This document shows positions 28,202-40,700 of a stretch of DNA of 64,000 bases, one piece after another; positions within the stretch are counted from its first letter, which is position 1, and every line of letters starts with the position of its first letter. The position numbers were made by a program, and so were the translations under genes. The stretch comes from Patescibacteria group bacterium. GTDB lineage: Bacteria; Patescibacteriota; UBA1384; XYA2-FULL-43-10; 1-14-0-10-43-13. Location: positions 128,929 through 192,928 of the forward strand of contig JBAYHC010000004.1 of assembly GCA_041666325.1 (NCBI GenBank), in the 5' to 3' direction. The notes under the pieces are model-generated. The model was not told the origin of the DNA. It was given only the letters and a program-made list of their open reading frames with translations, and made no database searches.

Positions 28202-30043
28202 ATGCCAGAAGAAACCCAACAACAAGTTACAGCAGGGCAATCTGCCGACCCCAGAGTTCAAGCACAGGAAAACATCCGCCAGCGTGAGCAGAAGTCTCTT
28301 GGTGCCCTTAATGGCCTGGGCGACAGAAGTCGTGCCAGCATTGAAAGTGGCGAGATATCAATCAGGGATGTTGTCGCCCCTGCTGCCTTCATGGTGACAC
28401 CAAATTATGTTCAGATTGGACCATTGCTCGCCAAGACGCTCTTCGTGTTCACTTATCCGCGCTATCTTGAAACCAATTGGTTGTCCCCGATAATCAATTA
28501 CGACCTAACGCTCGACATGTCCATGTATGTTCACCCACTCGAATCCAAAGATGTCATGAATCAATTAAAGAACCAGGTGGGCAAACTTGAATCAACGCTG
28601 ATGATTGATGAGGAGAAGGGTTCGCCTCGCGATCCAGAACTAGAAACCGCACTCGGAGACATTGAGTCACTAAGAGATGTTTTGCAGAGGGGCGAGGTAA
28701 GATTATTCCAGTGCGGCCTGTACTTCACAGTTTATGCTGAAACATTTGAAGAGTTAAAAACTGTTACCGATCAGTTAGAGTCAACGTTGGGCGGGTTGCT
28801 CATCTACACCAAAGAATCGCTCTTTCAGATGGAGCAAGGGTTTAACACAACGTTGCCACTGATGAATGACAAACTCAATGTTCTGCGCAACCTGGACACG
28901 GGCTCACTTTCATCAACCTTCCCCTTTACCTCCAACGAATTAACTCAGGATGATGGTATTTTGTATGGTATCAATCGCCACAATAACTCGCTTATCATCT
29001 TTGATCGATTCAAGCTGGAGAACGCCAACAGTATAGTCTTCGCTAAATCTGGTTCTGGTAAATCATACTTCGTTAAGCTTGAGTGCTTGCGATATCTTAT
29101 GCTTGGAACAGATGTGATCATCATTGACCCAGAGAATGAGTACAAGATGCTGTGTGATGCAGTTGGAGGCAACTATCTTAACATATCACTGAACTCTGAC
29201 CAGCGGATCAACCCCTTTGATCTGCCTCTCAACCCGAATGAAAAAGGAGAGGATATACTTCGCTCAAATGTAGCCTCGCTCCATGGCCTGATCAACTTGA
29301 TGGCTGGTGGACTCTCACCAGAAGAGGATTCAATTATTGATAAAGCGATTTACGAAACATACGCACTTAAAGACATTACAGCAGACGCAGAGAGTCAGAA
29401 AAATGAGCCACCGATACTGCAAGACTTTTACAATATTCTCTCAAACATGCAGGGGACAGAGTCATTGCGGGCAAGGCTTACAAAATATGTTGAAGGCTCC
29501 TTTGCATCGCTCTATAACCAGAGGACTAACTTCCAGCTAAACTCCGGATTTGTTGTATTTTCCGTACGAGATTTGGAGGAGCAACTGAGACCTCTCTCCA
29601 TGTATACGATTCTCAACTTTATCTGGACTCAGGTCCGCATGACAATGAAGCGACGCCTCCTTGTCGTTGATGAGGCCTGGTGGATGATGCAATACGAAGA
29701 TTCAGCCAAGTTTCTTCACGGTCTCGCCAAGCGCGGCCGCAAATATTACCTTGGGCTCACCATTATCAGCCAAGACGTAGAAGACTTCTTGAGCAGCCGC
29801 TACGGAAAGGCTGTTGTTGCCAACTCATCGATGCAATTCTTGATGAAACAGTCCACTGCCTCTGTTGATGTTATCGCCGATGTCTTTAACCTTACCGAGG
29901 GAGAAAAGTACCTGCTGCTTGAATCCGACGTTGGTGAAGGCCTCTTCTTCGCTGGCCTCAATCATGTCGCCATTAAGGTTGTAGCATCCTATGCAGAGGA
30001 TCAGATAATTACGACGGATCCGAAACAACTGCTGGGAGAATGA
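28202..30043 (+). CDS. VirB4-family ATPase
   Basis: Walker A AKSGSGKS, IIDPENEY, INPFD, Walker B LVVDEAW, RKY, SQDVED. Confidence 0.92.
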   Translation: MPEETQQQVTAGQSADPRVQAQENIRQREQKSLGALNGLGDRSRASIESGEISIRDVVAPAAFMVTPNYVQIGPLLAKTLFVFTYPRYLETNWLSPIINYDLTLDMSMYVHPLESKDVMNQLKNQVGKLESTLMIDEEKGSPRDPELETALGDIESLRDVLQRGEVRLFQCGLYFTVYAETFEELKTVTDQLESTLGGLLIYTKESLFQMEQGFNTTLPLMNDKLNVLRNLDTGSLSSTFPFTSNELTQDDGILYGINRHNNSLIIFDRFKLENANSIVFAKSGSGKSYFVKLECLRYLMLGTDVIIIDPENEYKMLCDAVGGNYLNISLNSDQRINPFDLPLNPNEKGEDILRSNVASLHGLINLMAGGLSPEEDSIIDKAIYETYALKDITADAESQKNEPPILQDFYNILSNMQGTESLRARLTKYVEGSFASLYNQRTNFQLNSGFVVFSVRDLEEQLRPLSMYTILNFIWTQVRMTMKRRLLVVDEAWWMMQYEDSAKFLHGLAKRGRKYYLGLTIISQDVEDFLSSRYGKAVVANSSMQFLMKQSTASVDVIADVFNLTEGEKYLLLESDVGEGLFFAGLNHVAIKVVASYAEDQIITTDPKQLLGE

Positions 30044-30050
30044 ACAAGTC

Positions 30051-30181
30051 CCTACAAAATTACGAATAGACGCACGAAAATACGAAAGTACGAATGGTTC
30101 TCCCCCTAGGACAGGAGGAGACAAAGGGAAAGCACGAAGAATTGTAGTTTCGTAATTTCGTTGGATTCGTAATTTTGTAGG
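30051..30181. repeat. Inverted arms of TACGAAAW-type repeats
   Basis: Perfect 17-bp IR CCTACAAAATTACGAAT (30051-30067) / ATTCGTAATTTTGTAGG (30165-30181). Confidence 0.85.
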
Positions 30182-30206
30182 AGCTTTGGAAATTGGAGGG
30201 AAATAG

Positions 30207-31475
30207 TTGCCAACATTGACGCAAATACCTGGAGTAGCCTCTGTGGGTGCCAGCAGAACAGGTGCGACAGCATCAACAGAAAAAAAGACAATCAAGGTTG
30301 TGGTAGCCATCTTGTTGTTTTTTATTTTGTTGATGCTTGGGATTGCGGTCACTGTCGGTGGACTCATGAGCATCAAAAACGCAGAGAAGGTCCCCGGCAC
30401 AACGGGCGAAGCAAGCCAATTAAACTCGTCATCAAGCAACTTTAGCTACCCGAGTAATGTCGACCCAGCGTCGTTAACTCAATGCCTAAACGATGCTCTT
30501 CAGGAATTACAGGCAGACTCACCCCTAAACGGGAGAGGAAACCGCTTTGCAGTCGCCGGCGTTGAACCAAATATCAATCCCGCCCTCTCAATCGCTATGG
30601 GTATGGCAGAGACCACACTTGGAACGGCCGGACACGGAGCCAGAGATAATCACCACAATCCGTTTGGGCTCACAACAAACCCATCACGAGCCGACGAAGA
30701 CTTGGCTGAGTATACAAACGCCGGCGATAGATACTACACCATTAATGGGGGTGACGGCATTACCCGACACTTCATTAAGTTCAAATCATGGGAAGCAGCC
30801 ATAGACTATCATCCCGCCTACATACAGAGAAGGTATATTAGTCAGGGCTATACGACCTTGCCACGAATATACAGCCTCTACGTGAGAGGATCGGAGCGCC
30901 TGGTTCCGGGAGCGGAAAACTCTGACTGGGTAAGGAATGTTACTGCCACCTATAACAAGGTGTTGCGTCATTGCCCTCAGCTATTTTCACCAGCAGGGAC
31001 AACTTCAGCACAGAAAATTGTCAGCACTGCCCGGGACGCACACGCCCGCTTTTCTGCGAATGAAAGTGAGTTTGTCGAAGAGCAGAATTGGCATAATCGC
31101 GCATGGTGTGCCGAATTCGCCACCTGGGTTTATCGGCAAGCGGGAGCTGACGTTCCACTCATCGGGCCGGCCATTAGCGTCGCAGATACCTTTGCCGCAG
31201 ATCCGACTAAATATGTCTGGATATCCGCCAATAAGCTAGAAACACCATCAATTAAGGCAGATCTCATAAAGCCAGGAGACATATTTGTCATGAAGGCAAA
31301 ACGGCGAAATCAACAAGGCTGGGGATATCACGCAGGCATAATTGAAGATGTCGACAGTGACAACATCTACACAATTGAGGGCAACACTCATGACGATGGG
31401 TCCAGAGGCCAACTCGGCAAGAACACACGAAGACTCTCTGAAACAGATTTTGTCGGTGTCGGCCGCATGAGATAG
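30207..31475 (+). CDS. Membrane-anchored peptidoglycan hydrolase (lysozyme/glucosaminidase-like + CHAP)
   Basis: TM; AETTLG..NPFG lysozyme-like motif; CHAP WCAEFATWV...HAGII...IEGN. Confidence 0.8.
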   Translation: MPTLTQIPGVASVGASRTGATASTEKKTIKVVVAILLFFILLMLGIAVTVGGLMSIKNAEKVPGTTGEASQLNSSSSNFSYPSNVDPASLTQCLNDALQELQADSPLNGRGNRFAVAGVEPNINPALSIAMGMAETTLGTAGHGARDNHHNPFGLTTNPSRADEDLAEYTNAGDRYYTINGGDGITRHFIKFKSWEAAIDYHPAYIQRRYISQGYTTLPRIYSLYVRGSERLVPGAENSDWVRNVTATYNKVLRHCPQLFSPAGTTSAQKIVSTARDAHARFSANESEFVEEQNWHNRAWCAEFATWVYRQAGADVPLIGPAISVADTFAADPTKYVWISANKLETPSIKADLIKPGDIFVMKAKRRNQQGWGYHAGIIEDVDSDNIYTIEGNTHDDGSRGQLGKNTRRLSETDFVGVGRMR

Positions 31476-31534
31476 CAACTCTTAAGGTATTATCAAAGTC
31501 AATTGAGACTGCACGTTAAACAAGAAGAGAAGGA

Positions 31535-32869
31535 GTGAAAATGAGCGCTCTAAAAGGACACTATCACCGCGTCAAGCACTCAATAAAGAGTAAAAAAATC
31601 CCAGTCCCATATGCTGATTTCGATCGCTCTTTTTACCTTGCCGTAATTATCTTTCTGGTGGCAGCACTCGGGTTCTACTGGTTCATAACTCATTCAACAC
31701 TAACAATCACAACTAGCCCGCAGGATGCCATTGTTACTATCAATAATGCTCCGCAAAGGTCAAATGGGGTCGGCAAAGTACGCAAGATATTAACCCCTGG
31801 AAATTATTCTCTTCGCATCGAGGCAGACGGGTATATTGCACACATTGAAACAGTAACCCTAAAGAGAGCTCAACAGAAAAAAATCAATGTCCCCCTTAAG
31901 GAAATTCCTGAACCCTTTGCTATTGCTAAGGACGGCAAGTTTTTATCATCTGGAAACGATTTTAATACCGTAATTTATCTTGGAAACGAGGGAAAAACCC
32001 TCTATCAAGCAAAGCTGGCTCTCGGGAACGATGGAAATATTGAACTCAAAAACCATGCTCCAATTACCGACGCAAAACTTTCTGGCATAGAAGAGGTGGT
32101 ACTGTCACCGAAAAAAGACCTTGCGCTCTTTCGGAAAAAAGACGGTATTTATCTTTTCGACTTCAAGAGGTATGATTTTATTAATCAGACAGAAACTCCT
32201 TGGGGAAAAAATATCGGAAGCGTTGCTTGGGCTCCCGACAACTCCAAGATTGCGTATTATTACGAACCGGGCGACGGAGAGCAATCACTTATATTCGCAC
32301 CCCTAGACAACTCTAATATTACTCGTGTTGCGAACTTTGCCGAGCTTAACATCAAAAATCCGATCCTTCGCTGGTCTCCAGACTCCGAATGGCTCCTGGT
32401 TATTCCAAGAAATACCACCGATTATGACAGTAATAAGGTTTACGTTTTTAATGCGTACAACAGAACAATTAAGGAACTGACGGAGATAGGCAGCCAGATT
32501 GACTCTATCTTTTCCCCGGATGCGTCAAAGATACTTTACGCCACATATTCAAAAGATTTGCGAAACCCTGTTCGCTCGCTTCTCTCTGTCATGAATAAGG
32601 ACGGAACAGAGAAAAGGCTGCTTGAGCTCAGGGCAGAGCCGAAAAAAATCTTCTGGAGAACGGACGGCAAAAACATCGTTGTGGCCAGCTTCGACGAAGA
32701 AAAGCAACGAGAGTCGTTTTTCAACTTCAACCTAGAGACTAAGGCAAAAGACGGTTTTGCAATCAACGCATTAAATCAGGGTTACGTCAACGCCTTAATG
32801 CTTTCTGAGGATGAAAAAATCATTATCTACGAAGCGCAGGGCGGGATATACGCGCTAAAGATAGAGTGA
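31535..32869 (+). CDS. PEGA-domain + TolB-like beta-propeller protein
   Basis: TM, ITTSPQDAIVTINN..LTPGNYSLRIEADGY (PEGA), WAPDNSKI/WSPDSEW/FSPDASKI repeats. Confidence 0.85.
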   Translation: MKMSALKGHYHRVKHSIKSKKIPVPYADFDRSFYLAVIIFLVAALGFYWFITHSTLTITTSPQDAIVTINNAPQRSNGVGKVRKILTPGNYSLRIEADGYIAHIETVTLKRAQQKKINVPLKEIPEPFAIAKDGKFLSSGNDFNTVIYLGNEGKTLYQAKLALGNDGNIELKNHAPITDAKLSGIEEVVLSPKKDLALFRKKDGIYLFDFKRYDFINQTETPWGKNIGSVAWAPDNSKIAYYYEPGDGEQSLIFAPLDNSNITRVANFAELNIKNPILRWSPDSEWLLVIPRNTTDYDSNKVYVFNAYNRTIKELTEIGSQIDSIFSPDASKILYATYSKDLRNPVRSLLSVMNKDGTEKRLLELRAEPKKIFWRTDGKNIVVASFDEEKQRESFFNFNLETKAKDGFAINALNQGYVNALMLSEDEKIIIYEAQGGIYALKIE

Positions 32870-32999
32870 ATGAGGCTAGTAAGCTGGTAGGCAAGTAGGC
32901 ATTTAGGTAATAGTGATTCGCTGTGCTGTTGCTTCAGCCTACCAACGTACCTGCCTACCCCGCCTTCGGCGGGGCCTACTAGCTTAATCTTTGTGACTA

Positions 33000-34715
33000 T
33001 TGGAGGGGTTTTTGGACAATTCGGGCATTGGCCAGCTAGATCAGCTAAAGAGAAATTTAATCGATGCCCTGGGTAGCAATAGCCCAGAGGATTCTTTTTC
33101 TATTGCGCGAAAAATTAGGCAGTTGGCACGACAACTGAAGGTCAAGAGCAGCGACCCAACTTTTGATAACATTGTCAACAACTTGGCAAGCGGATCAACT
33201 GAATCAATAAAATCAGCCCAAAGCTATTTCGGGCTCAAGGTTGCTGCCAAAAAAGAAACAATGCTTGGCAGGTTTGCAGACCGATATCTGCCAAAGGTTG
33301 CCAAGCCAAAGAACAAACTGAAGGATGGTAGCGGAACCATCGAAGAAACAGATGGGGACGCAGACGAAACATTCGGCCAACCCATTGGGCCAACCAACGA
33401 GTCACCCGGAAAAACAGATAGCGAAGAATCAGGCGCAGACAGATATGTTCGCCAGGCAAGCGGCGGTGTCATCCGCAGAGAAGGACCTGAGCACGATAAG
33501 TTTCTGCACGACATAAGTGGTGGAATTGCCAGGAAGACCGGGCCCGAGCATGACGAACTATTGCGTCAGATAAGCGGTGGTACCGTGCGGATGGCCAAGA
33601 CAGGTGCCGCACAACCAGAAAAAACTCAGAAGGAAAAGAAACCAAAAGAAAAGCTGGCTGTAAGAATGGCCAAGAAATACCAAGACGCTGTCAAAAAGTT
33701 TCGGGTTGCCATGAAGGCCGCACAGCTAATCGCCAAACTTGTCCCCATCCTTCTCAATCCTGTTACGTGGGCGATTATCGGGGGCGTGATTGTCCTGGTT
33801 ATTTTGCTCGGACTAGGCCTTTCCTACTTTGGGGCTGGTAGTGCTGGCGTCGGTGGAAGCACACAGCAACAAAACGCGAACCTCATTAACGACAATAACG
33901 TTATCACTAAGGTGCTTCTACTAAACGGCGACGAGGACATCAAAGCCGTGATGACCAATGACTTCTTCAATAAACTAAGGCGAGAGTTGACCGACTATAG
34001 GGCGGCAACAACATCCTCAGAGAAGCAAACCAAGATCGACGAAATCATCAATGAGATTGGCCTTTACTTGAACGACCCAACTCTGGAACAGGGTAAAAAG
34101 GTTATTAGTCTCTGCCAAGAGGTCTTGCGCTACCAGGGCATACCGGTCATCGCCGGCGTGAGAACAAAAAAACCGCTAGACACCATTGTTGGATACAATA
34201 GCGCATTGCACGGAGGAGAGATTATTAATGGTAAAAGCGCCGGCTACCACAGTCTCTATGCCGTCGGAAACACGCGTGACGTAGGCAGTGGAGGTATCTG
34301 TGATGCAGTTGACCTTTACTCCGGCGAGGTCGGAGTGGCAGTTTATCCATTCTTTGACGGCAATGTCGTAAAGGTCTTCGACGACCACCCGGGACCAAAC
34401 CGTGAAGAACAAAAGGTCGTTGTCATAGAGAGCGGGCGCTACAGGGCTTACCTGGCTCATCTGCGCGATGTCAGTAAGAGGGCCGGGGACACAGTCAACA
34501 TTGATGAATCAATCGGTAAAACCGGAAAAATCGGAGGAAGCAGACCACAAGTTCACCTCGAATTACTCTACAAGCAAAACGATGGAAATTACAGGTGCGC
34601 CACAACAACGGATGTAGATAAAATCGAGGCAAAACAGACTAGCAAGCCAAAAGGATTTTTCCTGTGGCGCACAATGGCAAATATACTTAACATTAATTTA
34701 GGCAGTCAAGTCTAG
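33000..34715 (+). CDS. Membrane protein with C-terminal M23-like peptidase domain
   Basis: TM near aa 255-280; DAVDL..VYPFFDGNV...YLAHL...GKTG...VHLEL. Confidence 0.7.
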   Translation: MEGFLDNSGIGQLDQLKRNLIDALGSNSPEDSFSIARKIRQLARQLKVKSSDPTFDNIVNNLASGSTESIKSAQSYFGLKVAAKKETMLGRFADRYLPKVAKPKNKLKDGSGTIEETDGDADETFGQPIGPTNESPGKTDSEESGADRYVRQASGGVIRREGPEHDKFLHDISGGIARKTGPEHDELLRQISGGTVRMAKTGAAQPEKTQKEKKPKEKLAVRMAKKYQDAVKKFRVAMKAAQLIAKLVPILLNPVTWAIIGGVIVLVILLGLGLSYFGAGSAGVGGSTQQQNANLINDNNVITKVLLLNGDEDIKAVMTNDFFNKLRRELTDYRAATTSSEKQTKIDEIINEIGLYLNDPTLEQGKKVISLCQEVLRYQGIPVIAGVRTKKPLDTIVGYNSALHGGEIINGKSAGYHSLYAVGNTRDVGSGGICDAVDLYSGEVGVAVYPFFDGNVVKVFDDHPGPNREEQKVVVIESGRYRAYLAHLRDVSKRAGDTVNIDESIGKTGKIGGSRPQVHLELLYKQNDGNYRCATTTDVDKIEAKQTSKPKGFFLWRTMANILNINLGSQV

Positions 34716-37700
34716 ATGAGATCAGTATTCCGAAAAACATTGCTCTGGCTAATCACAATCTCGATCACACTCGAACCAGTTTTCGTATTGCTGCCGCAAA
34801 ACGTCTCAGCCCAAGACGCTGCACCGGAGTCGCTCCAAGATTCTAACCCATATGACGAGAGTGATATCAGAAGCAATGCTGATAGCGACGACCTTGGAGA
34901 TGAAGAGAACTACAGACTTGAGCCGGGTCAACTGGAGAATATTGAGGACGTCAAAACCAAAGAGGCATTAGATCCTGTCATGGATGCCATAAGCAGAGAA
35001 AGCGATATTACTGTAGTTGGCGACTCTGCAGAAGAGCGGTCTGCCGCAAGAAGACTGGCTGCCATACTCGAGGAATACACCCCATACAGAAACTTAGTCA
35101 CATACGACGACTTCCTGGCTGGTCAGCAAGAGGCAAAGATTGTTCTCTCGGCAGGCGATCTCGAAGTACTGCGTGCCATGCACTACATATCAAAGGTTGC
35201 ACCAGATTTCAGTGAAGATTCTGTCGCCATGTTTAACAGCCTCAACCCCTCAACGACAGAGGCGGGCGAAAGGCTTCTGAGCAGAGACGATATTCGAAGT
35301 AGTGATGGTGTCGGCATTGTTGATGAAGCCACGATGCAGACGATACACAACAAGTGGCAGTCGGAAATAACGATTGATAGCGACAATGCAGTAGAACGAG
35401 GAGACAATGAAGATTTTGCAAACGCCATCCGATCATATTTTGTCAGCTTGAAACAAGGCGGGGCACTGGAGACCAATCAGAACAAGAAGATAGTAAACAA
35501 GGAACTCTTCCACGACTTCGTCCAACAGGCAAGACGAGACTTTGCCGAGTCATGGAGCATAGACAATGTTACGTCAGGTACTCTAGCAAACCTCAACAAA
35601 AACGACTTAATGGCAATTTCCGGATACAGCGAGTCAGAGATTGACCGCATCTTGCAGGACAAACCATCTGATTCACAACCACAAGGTGGTGATAGGTGGA
35701 GATACTTTGCGGAAAGCATTCTAGATATCGTAAAAAACTCCCAGATCGACATTCGCGTCCTTAAGACCCTAGTTTACCTTGTAACCCCGAAGAGTGAGGG
35801 CGGAGCAGGACACTGGCGAATCAGGGCAAGAAAAATCGTCCAAACCAACTCAAAATTATCGCATGAATCTGATAGCGTTCGAGATGCCACTTGCAGCGGC
35901 GACGGCACGCAATCAGCGGCTTCCTGCGGTGAATCGATAAACAATGAAGGAACACCAATAAGCGGTGCAAGTGCGGACATCCAGGACTCAAGCGGCAATG
36001 TTACCGGCCAAGCTGTCATCACAGATGAACCGGAGGAAATTCTCTCAGCCCATGGCGACGGCCAAGCAGTTGATATTTCGGAGATAGACGACATTAGATG
36101 CACCGTAATCAAATACCGCCACATTGGTCATTCCTTTAAAGAAAAACGACCAGCGACTCCCGTAAAGCTCGCCTGGCAAACAACAGAGGGGTATGCGAGT
36201 TCGGGCGGCAACAATCCGATCGATATCATGGGAATGATCCGAAGCTCAGCCACAGAAAGCCTACAAAACTTTGCTAATGACCTCGGCGCAGATGCAATAA
36301 CCGATTTTGAGGGTGACTTGTCGCAGTCAGGATTTTCCGATATCGTCGGTCTCTTCGGCAAGTCTATGATGGCCAGTGCCGTCAACTCTGCCAGTTTGGA
36401 TTTCTTTGGCGATAATGTCGAGGAAACACTTCGAAACCTCGGGTCCGTCTATTTTGCAGACTATCTCGGAATTCCACGAAATTTATTTGTCGGTACAGAA
36501 CAGGAGAAATTAGCATCGCTAGACTATGTCTCCCGTGTTATCGGACAGGCTGCAATCGAAAAACGACTCAATATACCCTTTGGATCCCTATCAACAGAGG
36601 TTAAGTTGTCGACCGCCGATGCAAGCACTGGCGACTCTTCGCAACCGACTATTTACTCTGGACTAGAGGCCATGATGCTAAATACGGGACTCCGCAAATT
36701 GGAGTGGGAGATGATACTTGATCCGGGCGATCTTGACAACATGTTTTGGAGTGATCCGAATAAACAGATACCGATTCAAACTCTTCACCATCGAATTGGA
36801 TCGCGAATCATCGAGAAAAAATTTAATCTGGACAAAGGTATGCTTGATTCAGTCGTGGCTGGAAAAGATTTGGCCTACCTCAAGACCCGGTTTGGCGAGA
36901 GAGCGAGGCTATTGTTTATCGACCCAACATACTTCGACAACATATTGAGTCTTAATGCCGGCACGACAAAATTACTTTTTGATGGGCAAACGTCTCCAAG
37001 CGACTACATCGCTACCGTGGGCAGAAGGAGATATCTCAATACTGTTAGGGGCCTTAGACACTTATCATCTACCAGTTCAGCATATGCGGTACCGCCGACA
37101 ACACCTGTCACAACGACAATCTACAGCCCTGATAATATTGCTCTAAATGATTGTCTCTCTAACCCACAAACGTGCCGAACTTTTACTAATCCTGATGGCA
37201 TAACTGTGCTGCAAAAAACCGAAAACATTGATACGTGGAATAGCGCCATATTGGGCCGCAAGGAGGCCATAGAAAATATTGGAACATTTACTGTAGCCAG
37301 ATTACTGGCGCATCCGCAAGATTACACACCAGAGGAGGCTAATAGGATCAATCAGGTAGGCCTTGAGCATCAACAACTTGACGACGGTGTTTCGATGACA
37401 ATTGATCCAAAAGATAAAGGCGTTGGTGCCTTGCATCAATGGATAATCGCCAACCAACAAAAATATGCTTTTGATCACAATGATGGATTTAACGGCCGAA
37501 CAGTAACATCCTGGGACAAGAAAAATGCGGAGATACCAAATTCCAGTACAGAAACCTGCCGAAATGGTATTGCCTGTGTAAGAGTAAGGGTCAATTCGGT
37601 CTTCATGGGAGAATCCAGCACACCAACAGAAACAGATACCATTGGCGCACCAGTGAACGTGAATGTACACACTCCTGTTTACAATGTTTATCCGGCAGGC

Positions 37701-40700
37701 GAGGCTGATGCATATATCTCAGAGGAACCAGGGCGAAAGCTTGACCTAAATCACGGCGACTTATACAGACTCTTTGGTTATGCCGAAGCTAATGGGGAGG
37801 CAGTCTTTAGACGTATTGGACAAAAGTTACTGTTTTATATGATCGCGAACAAAGCTCTAGCAGCGAAAGGACAAAGCTCTTCGGTTAAGCTTAATCTTAG
37901 TGAAACCAACCCCAGGCTTATTCCTGGTAGCGACACAGCGATCTTTTACTTCTCGCGTTTTGACCGCGCCCTGCAACTAGCAAGAACGATCAAGGGCGAC
38001 TGGGAAAATGAACGAGAGCCTGGTTTCGATCGAATCATAGGCCTGATGAATGAACTTGACCGCGAGTTTCAGGTTGGTAGTCAGGCGCTCCTGACTCTGA
38101 ACCTTCTCGAAATAGCGAACACCGTTAGAGCCAACATATACCTCATAGATCAGCTTACAATTGCTCTTGAGGAGAAGCGCCTCTACGCGACCCACATGAT
38201 CGAGAAGATCAACAAGACCATAAGAGATGTAAATGAGCTTATCAAGGTGACATCGGAGTTCCTGTCCGGACAAGAGATACCTTCAGCCGAGCTCTTAACT
38301 GTCGACCAAATTCGAACAGACGCATTTGCAAAGCCGCTCAGGGGCAGACCAAGAGCACAGCGAAAGATAAATCCGCTTGTGATCCTGGACTTCCTGGCGG
38401 GCAGAATCACCCCGTTAGACTTCTTTGTTCTGCTTGGTGCGAACCAACTTGAAGCTCGCCTTGGCTTACCACAAAACACCCTTGTTTACTACATACAGAA
38501 TTCTGAAACAATGGGAATCGCTAATCTCGATACATTTTATGTTGCGCTTGGTCAGGCCAGGATAGAGGAAGAATACGAGCTGCCCAGATACTACTTCCAG
38601 GGCTATGTTGTACCGGGCGACCGCAAGGTACCGGACTTCAGGCGAGACTGGACAGCACTAAAGCGACTTCTCGTTAACCGGCAGGATTCGGCCAAATACA
38701 GGCAAGAGGTGGGATGGACCGGGATATATCCGGCACTATTCCCACTAGCCAAGACGGATTCGTACTCCTTTGACGAACGCTTAATAAGTGATTTTGACAA
38801 CAGGATGAAGGCGATACGTGAAAGCGAGGAGAAAAAGAGAGTTACAAACAAACCATATACCGACCTGATCAAGGATGCTGAAAAGCTATGGCAAGACGAC
38901 CGAAAGCACGAAAGGGAAGAGCGATATAGTGACGAGGGCGCAGAACGCGGTAGGTTCGGAGACATCGACCTGGGCGATCTGCTCAAAAACCTAACAGACC
39001 GAAACTATGCCTCTACTGAGCCTTCAGCCCAGTCAAATCTGATGTTCAGTCTCAGAATGCCTGGCAATTATACTGCACTAACGCAAGGTTCGACAATCGC
39101 CTGGGAGACTAGCGGAGCAAAGGCAAGAGCTGCAGCGATCGATAAACAATTCGGCCTTGCCGCAAACACAACTCACAACTTATTCACCGGCGACACAGTC
39201 TTGGCGCCAAGCGGGACAAAGATACTGTCACAATCAGAGAAGGACCTCGCTAATTATTTTGGCGGGATGAGCATCGGAGCCGTTGAAACCTACCTTCAGG
39301 TTCTAAACAACGAGCTTCCCTTCGCAGACCTGCAAAAACTGGGCCTTGTTTCCGACTACAACTTCCAAAATCGCTATGCACTACAAGAGGACGCGCCAAG
39401 CGACAACGAGTGTCCGGTTCTTTATGCTCAGGTGGAGCCAGGAAAGCCATCAGGCAAAGGAAAATTCTCTGTTAACTACACTACTATCGAGCCTGATACT
39501 TATAGTTATTACGACAAAAGAGGACGCCACACCTTCAAGAGCAGGAGGGAGGCAGAACGATACTCCAACGAGCATGTCGATGACAGAATTGATGTTGTTG
39601 GTCATATGGCCAAACAATTAAAGACTCTTTACGGACCAATACTTGGAAGAACAGCGGGCGGCCAACTGGGATCAGGTGACAAGTGGCGAGTACCAAGTAT
39701 AGATTTCAATAATGAGTCTGAAATCGCCGATAACCTAAGACTGTTGTTGATGAAAAATATCGGCGGTCTGTTTACGCTTGCTGATATCAGGGCAATCAAC
39801 GAAGCCACCGATGCCAATGATTTAGATGGCGATGGCGACCGATCTGAACAGTCAATAATTACAGTCAGTATCACTCTTGAGAACGGGGAAACCAAAGACT
39901 ACACTCTTAGCCCCAACACATTGGCCGGATCACCATACGACCCAGGTGTACTAGAGAAACTTTTCATGCGAAAGAAGACACAGAAACCGCTACAGGAATT
40001 CAAGAAGGCAGTCGGCCAGGTAGAAGCAGAAAAGGCAGTCAGCTGGAAACTGTTCTCAGAGTTAGTTGGAGTCAAGATCAGGCCAGAGTTCTTCGGGCCA
40101 GATGACCTATATAGCATCTTGCACGGCGACATGAGACCGATTTATAGAATTGGCTCCTATCTTATCGAGAAAGAAATGCACCTGCCTCAGCACTCTATAG
40201 CTCTGCTGATGTCAGCACTGAGTGGCAAGGCGAAGGAGTGCCAACTATCCCAAATTGGAGCCAATGTCTTGGGGGGTCTTGTTGGCCTCAAGTATTTGCC
40301 GTTGAATTTTAATGTTGCCAGCCCCAACGACATGGCTCAAGCCATCGGACAAGCCAAGATAGAGGAAACGCTTGGATTACCAAGAAAAACATTCAGTGGT
40401 GATTCTCTGTTGGATATCATCAACAGGATTGGTCCGATCACATTTGCCCTTGTCTTCAACATCCCAGTCGGGAAATCGGTCATCAGTAACCAGAACACAA
40501 TATTTAGCGATTCTGTTGGCAACAATGTTTCTCGCTTGGATGCTATCCTTGGGAATGAAGCCAATCAGGTTAGAAACACTAGCGGTAGATACAAACTCAA
40601 AAAGATTCATGATTTCCTTATCTCAAATCATGTTATCAACGACTTGGCCGGAGCGGGGGTCGAGAGCCTTGAGAATGAGCTAATTCAACAAACCATACAC